Positions 1 to 11,341 of a stretch of DNA of 64,000 nt are shown here, in pieces. The DNA lies in NCBI GenBank assembly GCA_964016885.1, contig OZ024743.1, positions 189,348,001 through 189,412,000 on the forward strand, given 5' to 3'. The position numbers and the translations under genes were made by a program. Position 1 is the first letter of the stretch; each line of letters starts with the position of its first letter. The notes under the pieces were generated by a model that was not told where the DNA came from, did no database searches, and worked only from the letters and a program-made list of their open reading frames with translations. Source of the stretch: Eledone cirrhosa (Eukaryota).

Positions 1-88
1 AGGGGGTAGAAGCAATATACATACATATATCTTCCTGTGGTTGGTAGGAGAGGGGAGCGTGATAGAAAGGGATTTAGTGCACTTACAC

Positions 89-142
89 CTATATATACAC
101 ACATACCTTCATCCACACATACATACATATACATATACATAT

Positions 143-207
<65 letters not shown>

Positions 208-266
208 CACACATACATACACACACACATACATATACATACACACATACACACACATATATACAC

Positions 267-313
<47 letters not shown>

Positions 314-563
314 CATACACACATACAAACACACACACACATATATACACATACACACACATATATATACACACACACACACACATATATATATACACAC
401 ATACGCATACATCCAGATACACACATATATATATATATATATATATACACACACCCACACATATATATACATACACACATACAAACACACACACACACAC
501 ACATATATATATACACATACACACACATATATATACGCACACACATAAAATAAACACACACAT
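89..563. repeat. (TA)n/(CA)n compound microsatellite
   Basis: Alternating TA/CA dinucleotides; the ORFs here are YI/HT/CV read-throughs. Confidence 0.97.
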
Positions 564-737
564 AAAATAACCCACACTCCCAAATAACTTCTCATTCACT
601 ACCAGAAAGGCACACAGCAGTCAACATGTTGCTACCAAGATGAAAACTACTATGAAATCCCAAAATGAATTTTATACTTGAATTTTCAAATCTCAAATTT
701 TAACTCTTCGTATTATTAATTTTTCTTAATATTAATC

Positions 738-785
738 AACATTTGAAAAGATGGCTTTTGCAGACCCATCGAAACCGGTCATTTT
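738..785 (+). ncRNA. Minimal type I hammerhead motif, U3-A8 core variant
   Basis: AACAT-TTGAAAA-GATGG..CCATC-GAAA-CCGG-TC-ATTTT; palindromic stem III ACCGGT, GUC site, one stem I mismatch. Confidence 0.55.
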
Positions 786-961
786 TTATATCCTTTATTA
801 TTTCCTTACCTTATAAAATTATGTTTTTTCACAAAAAAGTATTCTGTCTCTTATATATTCCATGTGCCATTACCAACCTCAATTTTCTCTATAACCTACG
901 TTTTGTGTAGAAAATTACACTTTTCATATATATATATATATAATAAATATATATATATATA

Positions 962-1039
<78 letters not shown>

Positions 1040-1044
<5 letters not shown>

Positions 1045-1233
1045 AGATCAAAAGATGGTTAAAAAAAGTTCCATGTATTTTATTATGCGCATTTCAAAAA
1101 CAAATATCATCATGCAATAACATTTGCGTTTTCGTCAGATAAAATAGGGACACAAATGTTATTGCATGATGATATTTGTTTTTGAAATGCGCATAATAAA
1201 ATACATGGAACTCATTTAATCATCTTTTGATCT

Positions 1234-1236
<3 letters not shown>
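1040..1236. repeat. Fold-back inverted repeat of a PLE-end module
   Basis: 1150-1236 is the reverse complement of about 1040-1127; flanked by (TA)n. Confidence 0.85.
1076..1146 (-). ncRNA. Type I hammerhead ribozyme (family C-like)
   Basis: Minus strand TATTTTAT-CTGACGA-stem II-GAAA-TGCGCA-TA-ATAAAATA. Confidence 0.8.
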
Positions 1237-1312
<76 letters not shown>

Positions 1313-1346
1313 ATATTTATAGTATATATATATATTATATATATAG

Positions 1347-1384
<38 letters not shown>

Positions 1385-1401
1385 TACATATTATATATAT
1401 A

Positions 1402-1443
<42 letters not shown>

Positions 1444-1522
1444 TATATATATATTATATATATAGTATATATATATTTATATATATATTATATATATAGT
1501 ATATATATATATTATATATATA

Positions 1523-1592
<70 letters not shown>

Positions 1593-1624
1593 TAAGATCA
1601 AAAGATGATTAAATGAGTTCCATG

Positions 1625-1695
1625 TATTTTATTATGCGCATTTCAAAAACAAATATCATCATGCAATAACATTTGTGTTTTCATCAGATAAAATA
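1625..1695 (-). ncRNA. Type I hammerhead ribozyme (family C-like)
   Basis: Reverse complement of the motif at 1809-1879. Confidence 0.85.
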
Positions 1696-1808
1696 GGAGG
1701 ACATGATATGAAGGTTAAAAACACTTGTGGATAGTGCCGTTTTAAATCATATGTTGATTTAAAACTGCACAACCCACAAGTGTTTTTAACCTTCATATCA
1801 TGTCCTCC

Positions 1809-1879
1809 TATTTTATCTGATGAAAACACAAATGTTATTGCATGATGATATTTGTTTTTGAAATGCGCATAATAAAATA
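1809..1879 (+). ncRNA. Type I hammerhead ribozyme (family C-like)
   Basis: TATTTTAT/ATAAAATA stem I; CTGATGA 1817-1823; GAAA 1860-1863; palindromic stem III ATGCGCAT; AUA site at 1871. Confidence 0.85.
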
Positions 1880-2002
1880 CATGGAACTTATTTAACCATC
1901 TTTTGATCTTATATATTATGTATACTCCAGTCCTACAAACTGTAGAGTGCTTCTTATCCGATATCTCCATTGCTTTATTGTACTACAATAAAACTCACCT
2001 CC

Positions 2003-2046
<44 letters not shown>

Positions 2047-2225
2047 ATATATATATTTATATATATAATATATATATATATATTGTATATATATATTTAT
2101 ATATATAATATATATATATTTATTGTATATATATATTTATATATATAATATATATAATATATATTTATATATATAATATAAATATATATATATTTATATA
2201 TATAATATATATATATATATAATAA

Positions 2226-2256
<31 letters not shown>

Positions 2257-2258
<2 letters not shown>

Positions 2259-3015
2259 TCATTAGTTAAGCAAAACAAGACCACAGATTTCACAAGGAAG
2301 ACATTATTAAAAGATTGTTAACATATTTTAGTTTGATGTAAGGAATGTAGAGAATAATACAAATAATATTAATAATAATAATGTCCGTTTACTCTTGTTT
2401 CGCTACTCCATATAATATTTCTGGATCAAATGATTATATATCGTTACTGATCTGGTTCAGTTTCAAATAATTAACATAGGTAGAAATAGAGCAGCTCATC
2501 GGAACTTCAAAAGGATTATAAATTAAAATAAGGAAAGGATGTCACATAAATATAATGTTCCATATGTTGGTATTTCACTATGGTGTCCTGGGTTTATCAA
2601 TTGTCTGCCATAGTAGAGCAGTATTCTTCTGTCGAAGCTGCATTCACTGAGATCTGCCTATGGGTAACAAGATGGCCGCCAATAGACACATTTACCTTAC
2701 TAATTAGAGGGTGATTTCAGGGGAAGTATCTCCTCGAGAGATTAGAAATTGTGGGTAGTTTATAGTCAAGTGCTAATTTTTTTAATTTTTTAATTGAGAG
2801 ACAATGTAAGGGAGGTAACTTATAATTATCTAAGTTAGTTATAGCTATTTAACTTATCAGCTACAAGTAAAAATGGGGCTAGATGACTATGTTGGGTCAA
2901 ATATTCTGTTGGCGAAGGAATTAGCCCTTCGATGTTGACAGCTAATAGTTCCCTCCGTTCTATCGTTAATCGGTAGAGGTCGTGATAGAGTTATGTAATA
3001 TGCTTCGGTAAGACG
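2257..3015 (-). mobile_element. Inverted copy of the 3' end of the adjacent Penelope-like element
   Basis: Reverse complement of about 3794-4601, with scattered substitutions. Confidence 0.85.
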
Positions 3016-3019
3016 GAAT

Positions 3020-4770
3020 AGGAATAGGAATGAGCAATGGGATGACAAATAATAAAAGTACAGGTAATAATAATCCTATGAAGGCCCCTACCAACTCCAC
3101 TAGAACCCCTAGAAGGAATAGGCCTAGACATATCACCTGGCTTAACCACCCCATTCTCATCTAATCTAGCCACTAATATCCCTAAACGCTTCTTCTCTAT
3201 CCTGTCTAAACATTCCCCCCTAACCATAGATATTACAAACTCTTTAATAAAAATAATTTTAAAATTTCATTCTCCACAACACCTAACCTAGCTAGCCACA
3301 TCGCATTCAGTATCCATCATAAACTAAGAAAGTATAACTCCCACACCGCGGTACCACCAACCCCTTCAAATACACCACGCCACTACACCTATACTTACTC
3401 TAGTAGCACACCTCCCCCATCTAATCCTTCTAGCACTGATCAACCGCTTAGGTTAAACAAACCTACTCTCACTAACCGCAGAAGTAACTGCAACTGCCGT
3501 TACCTTAATGCATGCCCACTAAATGGACATTGCCTGATACCCAACATAGTCTATAGGTGCACGGTTAAAACTGCTTCGCAGACCAGCTCATGTGTCGGGT
3601 CTACATCTAATCATTTTAAGGTAGGCTATAACGCGCACTCTTTTTCCTTCCGAGACCCAAACAACAGATGTTCGACATCTCTAGCTAGGCTCATTAAACA
3701 CCTTAAATTAACCAACATTGAACACTCACTAACATGGGATATCTTGGCTGGGGCCCAACCGTTCAATGGACGAAGAAAATTTTGTGAACTCTGTCTTACC
3801 GAAGCATATTACATAACTCTATCACGACCTCTACCGATTAATGATAGAACGGAGGTAACTATTAGCTGTCAACATCGAAGGGCTAATTCCTTCGCCAACA
3901 GAATATTTGACCCAACATAGTCATCTAGCCCCAATTTTACTTGTAGCTAATAAGTTAAATAGCTATAACTAACTTAGATAATTATAAGTTACCTCCCCTA
4001 CATTGTCTCTCAATTCAAAAATTAGCACTTAACTATAAACTACCCACAATTTCTAATCTCACGTGGAGTTACTTCCCCTGAAACCACCCTCTAATTAGTA
4101 AGGTAAATATGTCCATTGACGGCCATCTTGTTACCCATAGGCAGATCTCACACAATGCAATACTGCTCCACCATGGCAGACAATTGATATGCCCAGGACA
4201 CCATAGTGAAATACCAACATATGGAACATTACATTTATGTAACATTCTTTCCTTATTTTAATTTATATTCCTTTTGAAGTTCCGATGAGCTGCTCTATTT
4301 CATCCTATGCTAATTATTTTAAACTGAACCAGATCAATAATGATATATAATCATTTGATCCAGAAATATTCAAATCCCGCCGAGGTTGACTTTGCCTTTC
4401 ATCCTTACGGGGTCGATAAAATAAAGTACCAGTAATGCAGCGGGTAATTGCTGGCCTTGTGCCTAAAGTATAAACAATTATTATTAATATTATTATTATT
4501 ATTCTCTACATTCCTTACATCAAACTAAAATATGTTGACAATCTTTTAATAATGTCTTCCTTGTGAAATCTGTGGTTTTGTTTTGCTTAACTAATGAATA
4601 TTTCCAGCTCTCTGCACCTAACCTCTGCATGAACCCAGCCACCTAGCTGCCTTCCACTGCATATTACACATTGAGCATATGCCTTTACGCTTTGGCTTCT
4701 AACTAATTCACCAATCTCCCCTCTCCTATCTCCATCTCTCTCTTTAAGATTGGTTACTCTTGAACTGTTT
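3020..4770 (+). mobile_element. 5'-truncated Penelope-like element (decayed GIY-YIG endonuclease to about 3920, then 3' non-coding end)
   Basis: Hand translation CNCRYLNACPLNGHCLIPNIVYRCTV..CVGSTSNHFK..WDIL..FCELCLTEAYYI..SCQHRR, typical of PLE GIY-YIG. Confidence 0.85.
4371..4480 (+). mobile_element. 5'-truncated SINE family A
   Basis: GACTTTGCCTTTCATCCTTACGGGGTCGATAAAATAAAGTACCAG core shared with more than 10 copies in the window. Confidence 0.85.
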
Positions 4771-4911
4771 ATATATTTATATATATATATATATAATAAT
4801 ACGACTGTTATTTCTAGCAGTACGGTTATGAGACTAGCGAGAAACTGTAAACCATGTGCGTTACACAGTCTTTTAAATTATTTAGAAGTGAAGCATATCA
4901 ATTTGTCCCTG

Positions 4912-5039
4912 GATGTTTACTGAGGAGAGCAGAACATGATATTCCTACACTTATTTATCTCGAAACATATTTGGATTTTAAAGTTTAAACTTATCTACGG
5001 AACAGGTTTGATTTTGAAATTTAAATGTGTCTAAACATC
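4912..5039 (+). ncRNA. Type I hammerhead ribozyme with long stem III, copy 1
   Basis: GATGTTTA/TAAACATC stem I; CTGAGGA; GAG/CTC stem II; GAAA; ACATATTTGGATTTTAAA/TTTGAAATTTAAATGTGT stem III; GUC site at 5031. Confidence 0.85.
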
Positions 5040-5422
5040 ATAGCCATTTGGCAATGCAGTTCGTCTTTGTTGATTTATTATTTTAAATCGATATGGACAA
5101 ACTGTAGTATAATAATTAGTATACTTCATTCTGGCTAAATTTTCTTTTGCAATATAAATACAGATGAGTTGGTATCTGTGTTTCATCATATATATTAGTT
5201 TATACACGGCTCAGGGGTATTTCCTCCTTCGAGCTAATTCCATTGTAAAAGAATTCATTACACTTAATAATATAACTGCTCCTAGTCTGAGCTGAACGTC
5301 GCCTCATATATACGACTGTTATTTCTAGCAGTACGGTTATGAGACTAGCTAGAAACTGTAAACCATGTGCGTTACACAGTCTTTTAAATTATTTAGAAGT
5401 GAAGCATATCAATTTGTCCCTG

Positions 5423-5550
5423 GATGTTTACTGAGGAGAGCAGGACATGATATTCCTACACTTATTTATCTCGAAACATATTTGGATTTTAAAGTTTAAA
5501 CTTATCTACGGAACAGGTTTGATTTTGAAATTTAAATGTGTCTAAACATC
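5423..5550 (+). ncRNA. Type I hammerhead ribozyme, copy 2
   Basis: Same motif shifted by 511 bp. Confidence 0.85.
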
Positions 5551-5933
5551 ATAGCCATTTGGCAATGCAGTTCGTCTTTGTTGATTTATTATTTTAAATA
5601 GATATGGACAAACTGTAGTATAATAATTAGTATACTTCATTCTGGCTAAATTTTCTTTTGCAATATAAATACAGATGTGTTGGTATCTGTGTTTCATCAT
5701 ATATATTAGTTTATACACGGCTCGGGGGTATTTCCTCCTTCGAGCTAATTTCATTGAAAAAGAATTCATTACACTTAATAATATAACTGCTCCTAGTCTG
5801 AGCTGAACGTCGCCTCATATACACGACTGTTATTTCTAGCAGTACGGTTATGAGACTAGCTAGAAACTGTAAACCATGTGCGTTACACAGTCTTTTAAAT
5901 TATTTAGAAGTGAAGCATATCAATTTGTCCCTG

Positions 5934-6061
5934 GATGTTTACTGAGGAGAGCAGAACATGATATTCCTACACTTATTTATCTCGAAACATATTTGGATTT
6001 TAAAGTTTAAACTTATCTACGGAACAGGTTTGATTTTGAAATTTAAATGTGTCTAAACATC
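5934..6061 (+). ncRNA. Type I hammerhead ribozyme, copy 3
   Basis: Same motif shifted by 1022 bp. Confidence 0.85.
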
Positions 6062-6242
6062 ATAGCCATTTGGCAATGCAGTTCGTCTTTGTTGATTTAT
6101 TATTTTAAATCGATATGGACAAACTTTAGTATAATAATTAGTATACTTCATTCTGGCTAAATTTTCTTTTGCAATATAAATACAGATGTGTTGGTATCTG
6201 TGTTTCATCATATATATTAGTTTATATTTATATATATATATT

Positions 6243-6321
<79 letters not shown>

Positions 6322-6323
<2 letters not shown>

Positions 6324-7265
6324 TTATACTCGGAATTTTTCCTAGAGTGCTTAAAATTATTTGTGACTAATCCCGGTTTTTAAAAAAAACGTGCTAATAT
6401 TGCTTTATGCTGAACTCCATATTTTGTTTAGTTTTTTTCGGAATGTTTTGACTGCTGTTTCTTGTAAACAGTCATTCATCTCATTCTGACGTCACTAGCC
6501 CTGTTCTCAATGTGTGTTTATTATCTTAATTCCACACGAGGTGTAACTAGCCTGCTTTTATATTCCCCATTTTGACGTAATAGTCCCTTAAATGTATGAA
6601 TTAGTGTTGGCTTCTTGCTCACATTAATATCTCTATTTTCATTTATATTTATATTCGGAATTTTTCCTAGAGTGTTTAAAATTACTTTTGACTAATCCCG
6701 GTATTTGTAAAAAAAAACGCGATAATATTGCTTTATGCTGAACTCCTTATATTTTGTTTAGATTTTTTCGGAATGTTTTGACTGCTGTTTCTTGTAAACA
6801 GTCATTCGTCTCATTCTGACGTCACTAGCCCTGTTCTCCATGTGTGTTTATTATCTTAATTCCACACGAGGTGTAACTAGCCTGCTTTTAAATTCCCTCT
6901 GGCATATTTTGGCAGTAGGTTTTTGTTATCGTGTTGAGCTCTACTGATGAACGACTCCAATCGTGACTAACCCCACTGAAAGGTTTCGTGAAATAGTCTT
7001 TTTAAGACTATATAGAGCATTTGTAGATTTTTCCAAATTGAAGGATAAGTATTTACTCTTAATTTTATTCTGAGTTAAGATTGTATTGGTTTTTTTTCCT
7101 GGATTACACAAAATCTGTGGATGAAATTTCTCTCTTGACTTTTTTTGAATTGGGATTGAATTATTTTCCCATATCTTACGTTAAATATTTTCCATCTTGA
7201 CGTAATAGTCACTTATATGTATGAATTACTGTTGGCTTCTTACTCACATTAATTTCTCTATTTTC

Positions 7266-7268
<3 letters not shown>
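6322..7268 (+). mobile_element. Tandem PLE-end module: internally deleted unit (6322-6646) followed by full unit (6647-7268)
   Basis: CGGAATTTTTCCTAGAGTG repeated at a 325-bp offset; the 3' end of unit 1 matches 7191-7268; homologous to 31995-32341. Confidence 0.8.
6938..7018 (+). ncRNA. Type I hammerhead ribozyme
   Basis: GCTCTA/TAGAGC stem I; CTGATGA; ACGA/TCGT stem II; GAAA; ATAGTCTT/AAGACTAT stem III; AUA site at 7012. Confidence 0.88.
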
Positions 7269-7345
<77 letters not shown>

Positions 7346-7774
7346 CGGAATTATAACCAGTCAGATCTTCGGAGCATGCGAGAATGAAGGAAATACACAG
7401 GCAAGAAAAGAAAAGAAAATACAGGCTACTATATGAAGTAGTAATGGCATTCAATTAGAACAATAACAACAATTACAACAATGCTATCAATAAATTATTT
7501 AAGGAGACCCTGACATTACTTAGGTGGGGGTATATAATGTATCTAATGTTACGGCGTGTAAAACTAGCTGTCATAAGGCAAAATGAAGCGTTGGCATGTA
7601 CAAAGTATCGTAGTGTATATCAATTTAAAATATAAAGATGAGCTAGTTTTTACAGTCTTTCTCTTCATCTTCAACAGTATACATGAGTGGGACCACTGTC
7701 AAAGCTAAATAGTTGTAGAGTTAATACAGAGGTTAACGAATTAATATACGCATATATTTACGCACACACACACA

Positions 7775-7860
<86 letters not shown>

Positions 7861-7979
7861 TACACATGCATGTGTACATAGACACATACATACACATCAA
7901 TATACACTCGTACAAAAATATACATACAGGCAAAGAGAAAAGCGTGCTAATTGTAATTATGGCAAAAAGAAGGTAAAGT

Positions 7980-8049
<70 letters not shown>

Positions 8050-8052
8050 AAT

Positions 8053-8119
<67 letters not shown>

Positions 8120-8211
8120 AATATATATATATAAATATATAAACAAGGTTTAGCAAATAATGAAAAAGTTTCAAAATAAATTTTTAAAAATTAACTTTAC
8201 CTACTATAGTT

Positions 8212-8294
8212 ACCTTTACCGATCGGTTTCGAATCCCAAAAATAAACCGGGGCCTTACGGCCTTCGTTGCAAAGAGAGATTCTCGTCAGAAGGT
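8212..8294 (-). ncRNA. Type I hammerhead ribozyme
   Basis: Minus strand ACCTT-CTGACGA-GAATC..GATTC-GAAA-CCGATCGG-TA-AAGGT; palindromic stem III; GUA site. Confidence 0.88.
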
Positions 8295-8695
8295 TCTTTT
8301 CGTTCGAAGAATATAAAATTCTTGAATTTAAATTACGAACTAGCGCTATTCAAAACTGTTCCGGAAATGAGGGTGAAATGAGGTGGAATCAATTTTTTCA
8401 AGGGCCGAAGTAAAGATAGAGGCAGAAGGAGGTAGGTCAAACTAGCAGCGGCTATCACTAGCAGCAGTCAGGACGACCCAGTTTGCACTCAACAAGAGAG
8501 GAGTTTAGTAATAATAGGATATGTATTCCTTCACGCACAGGCGCAAAGAGACACATGTATTGTCCAACCAAATGCCAATGTGGTTCAATGGCAGGTTAAT
8601 AAATTAACGAGCCAGAACATATATAAACAAGGTTAAGCAAATAATGAAAAAGTTTCAAAATAAATTTTAAAAAATTAACTTTACCTACTATAGTT

Positions 8696-8778
8696 ACCTT
8701 TACCGATCGGTTTCGAATCCCAAAAATAAACGGGGGCCTTACGGCCTTCGTTGCAAAGAGAGATTCTCGTCAGAAGGT
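8696..8778 (-). ncRNA. Type I hammerhead ribozyme (tandem copy)
   Basis: Same motif shifted by 484 bp. Confidence 0.88.
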
Positions 8779-9144
8779 TCTTTTCGTTCGAAGAATATAA
8801 AATTCTTGAATTTAAACTATTATTACTAAACTCCTCTCTTGTTGAGTGCAAACCTGGTCGTCCTGACTGCTGCTAGTGATAGCCGCTGCTATTTTGACCT
8901 ACCTCCTTCTGCCTCTATCTTTACTTCGGCCCTTGAAAAAATTGATTCCACCTCATTTCACCCTCATTTCCGGAACAGTTTTGAATAGCGCTAGTTCGTA
9001 ATTTAAATTCAAGAATTTTATATTCTTCGAACGAAAAGAACCGTCTGACGAGAATCTCTCTTTGCAACGAAGGCCGTAAGGCCCCCGTTTATATATATAA
9101 ATATATATATATTTATATATATATATATTTATATATATATATTT

Positions 9145-9792
9145 ATTGTTATACTTTGGGAGGGTCATGTTGCCAATAAGAAACACACGCACCAGTTGCT
9201 TTCACTTCAATTTATTATAATAAATTTATAATAAATTTATAATAAATTTATAAATTTATAAATTTATAAATTTATGGTTGGTTGGTTGGTTCCACAACCA
9301 GATAGTTGTTTATATATTGTCATAGTTCTTTCGTCACACACTCTGTGACCTCTTCAGTGACTGGGGATTCCTTTCTTTGTTTTTGTGCCTCTCCTTTGTT
9401 TTGTCCTACGCCATTTTGTTTCTGTGTGTGTTGTGTGCTCAGTCTGCGCATGCGCCACATCCGGGTGTCTGTGTGTGTTTATGTTCATTTATTTATTTGT
9501 TTATTTACATGTTACTGGTTGGTTGTTTGTTCTATGTGTATGTGTGTTTTCATTTTGTCCTTAATTGTAAGTTGTGATGTTGCTGTTCCACTCATATTTT
9601 CTATTTAATTCTGGTTGTAATTCTTTTATGTTTATTGCCTCTGTGATTTGTCTAAACATTGCGTCTTTTCTGTGTGTAGATTCTATTTTTATTTCTATGT
9701 TCTCTAATTTACCCTTGTGTTCTATTTTAGCATGTTGGTAGAGTACAGATGATTCTTTACTATCTTGAAGGTCTCGCCAGTGTTCATTCCTA
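9145..9792 (-). mobile_element. 5'-truncated Penelope-like element (GIY-YIG C-terminus plus 3' end)
   Basis: EHWRDL..SVLYQHAKIEH..FRQITEAINIKELQPELNRKYEW; HHR downstream. Confidence 0.75.
9319..9361 (-). ncRNA. Minimal type I hammerhead ribozyme
   Basis: Minus strand GTCA-CTGAAGA-G-GTCACA-gagtg-TGTGAC-GAAA-GAAC-TA-TGAC. Confidence 0.75.
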
Positions 9793-9795
9793 TAT

Positions 9796-11277
9796 ATAAT
9801 GATAATCAAAAACAACACCACCATTACCACGGATATATATTATAAACACACAGACACCCATCAATATCTGAATTTTAAGTCGTGCCATCCACCTCATACA
9901 AAGCGCAACATCCCATACTGCCTAGCCAGAAGAATTTGTACCATTGTAGAAGATACGAATACCAGGTACAAACGCCTAACAGAACTAAGAGAATTTTTGC
10001 TCAAACAAAAATATCCATCTCTACTTATAGAAAATGGCATACAGCGGGCTATAAAAATACCTATACAACAACTTAGGACAACCCAAGGAAGAAGAAACCA
10101 AGAACAGGTCATACCATTTATAATGACACACAACCCATGTCACCAGAATATCTTCAACACTGCCAAAGCAAACCTACCGATCATTGCTCAAAGTAATGAA
10201 TTAAAAGGCTTAATCACAGATCGATCTTTGACTCTTAGTAAAAGACAGCCAAAAAATTTGAAGCAATTATTAACAAAAGCAAAGTTTGACCTTAACAACA
10301 AAGACCAATCATTCCCTGTATCTAAATGCAATGATAGTCGATGCGGCACATGTCAATCCATACACGCCGGTCAATATATGAAAACAAAAACTTGAAAAAT
10401 ATTCCCAAATGCAAATATGAACTGCAAAAGCAGAAATCTAATTTATTGCATTAAACGCCCGAATTGTGAAGAACTATATGTTGGTCAAACTGGAAATGCA
10501 CTATCGGAACGTGCACGGGTACACCGTCAGCAAATCAGAGACCTAAATGTCCGTCAGATACCCCTAAGTAACCATCTAGCAACATGTGGTCAGGGAATAT
10601 TTATAATATTCCCATTCTACAAATTACACAACCCAAGTGAAATCAAGAGAAAAATCAAAGAAAAGAATTTTATTGATAAATTCAAACCCAAGCTAAATGA
10701 ACAATAATAACGCTTAGGGGTATTACTTCTACTACGACTATGACTACGACCACTAACAACAACAACAACAACAATAATAATAATAATAATAATAATAAAA
10801 GTGATGTTGATGGTGATGATTACTAGAAAATGCTATTTTCATCATTTCTAAAAATAGCATAACATTTGATGCTTTGGATATGATTAATTATTGGTCGTTA
10901 GACATGCTCAACCAGCCGTGACGCTTAAACCACCAATCAGCTTTAGTAATTCAGTGAAACTACACACTGATTGGTCGAAATACAGTTTGTAAATTTAGCA
11001 TTCTGGAGCCACTTTTCACTGTATATAAGGTAGAAAATTTACCCATCTCATTACAGTTGAAAATTTCAAACTTGACTGTCACCACATATTATGAACCTGA
11101 AGATTGCGAAAGCATGATAGTACTTGTTCAATTAACACTTAGAATTTAATATTCTATCATACTATTTCATTATAATACCATTATAAATTTTAAAGGATTG
11201 TAAATAAAACGAGGAAATCAGACAAAGTTGGAATTCCTCTTATTAATATAATCTTCTATACACAATCATACACACCC

Positions 11278-11280
<3 letters not shown>
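9796..11280 (+). mobile_element. 5'-truncated Penelope-like element (RT thumb/linker plus GIY-YIG, interrupted near 10395)
   Basis: TDIYYKHTDTHQYLNFKSCHPPHTKRNIP..; CNDSRCGTC; NLIYCIKRPNCEELYVGQT..ERARVHR..FIDKFKPKLN. Confidence 0.92.
11092..11130 (+). ncRNA. Minimal hammerhead motif with one core mutation (GAAA to GATA)
   Basis: TGAAC-CTGAAGA-T-TGC-gaaa-GCA-T-GATA-GTAC-TT-GTTCA; palindromic AGTACT stem III. Confidence 0.7.

Positions 11281-11341
<61 letters not shown>

Larger units (their letters stand above)
1590..1915. repeat. Near-perfect palindrome of about 325 bp carrying an HHR on each arm
   Basis: 1590-1730 is the reverse complement of 1774-1915; the spacer is itself a hairpin (TTTTAAATCA..TGATTTAAAA). 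Confidence 0.9.
4801..6226 (+). repeat. Tandem array of about 2.8 x 511-bp units, one HHR per unit (retrozyme-like or tandem pLTR)
   Basis: ACGACTGTTATTTCTAG starts at 4801, 5312 and 5823; units nearly identical; (TA)n on both sides. Confidence 0.93.
8135..9111 (-). mobile_element. PLE-end module: 484-bp partial tandem plus an inverted segment
   Basis: 8619-8816 repeats 8135-8332; 8817-9111 is the reverse complement of about 8243-8517; (TA)n flanks. Confidence 0.85.

Noticed and set aside
4275-4340. CCGATGA..AAACTG hammerhead-like string and its inverted copy near 2445-2510
   Set aside because: Stems I and II could not be paired convincingly; at best a heavily decayed motif
5542-5769. 75-aa minus-strand ORF in the 511-bp repeat; 73-79-aa ORFs in the 484-bp repeat
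   Set aside because: Short, no recognisable motif, and not called in all repeat copies
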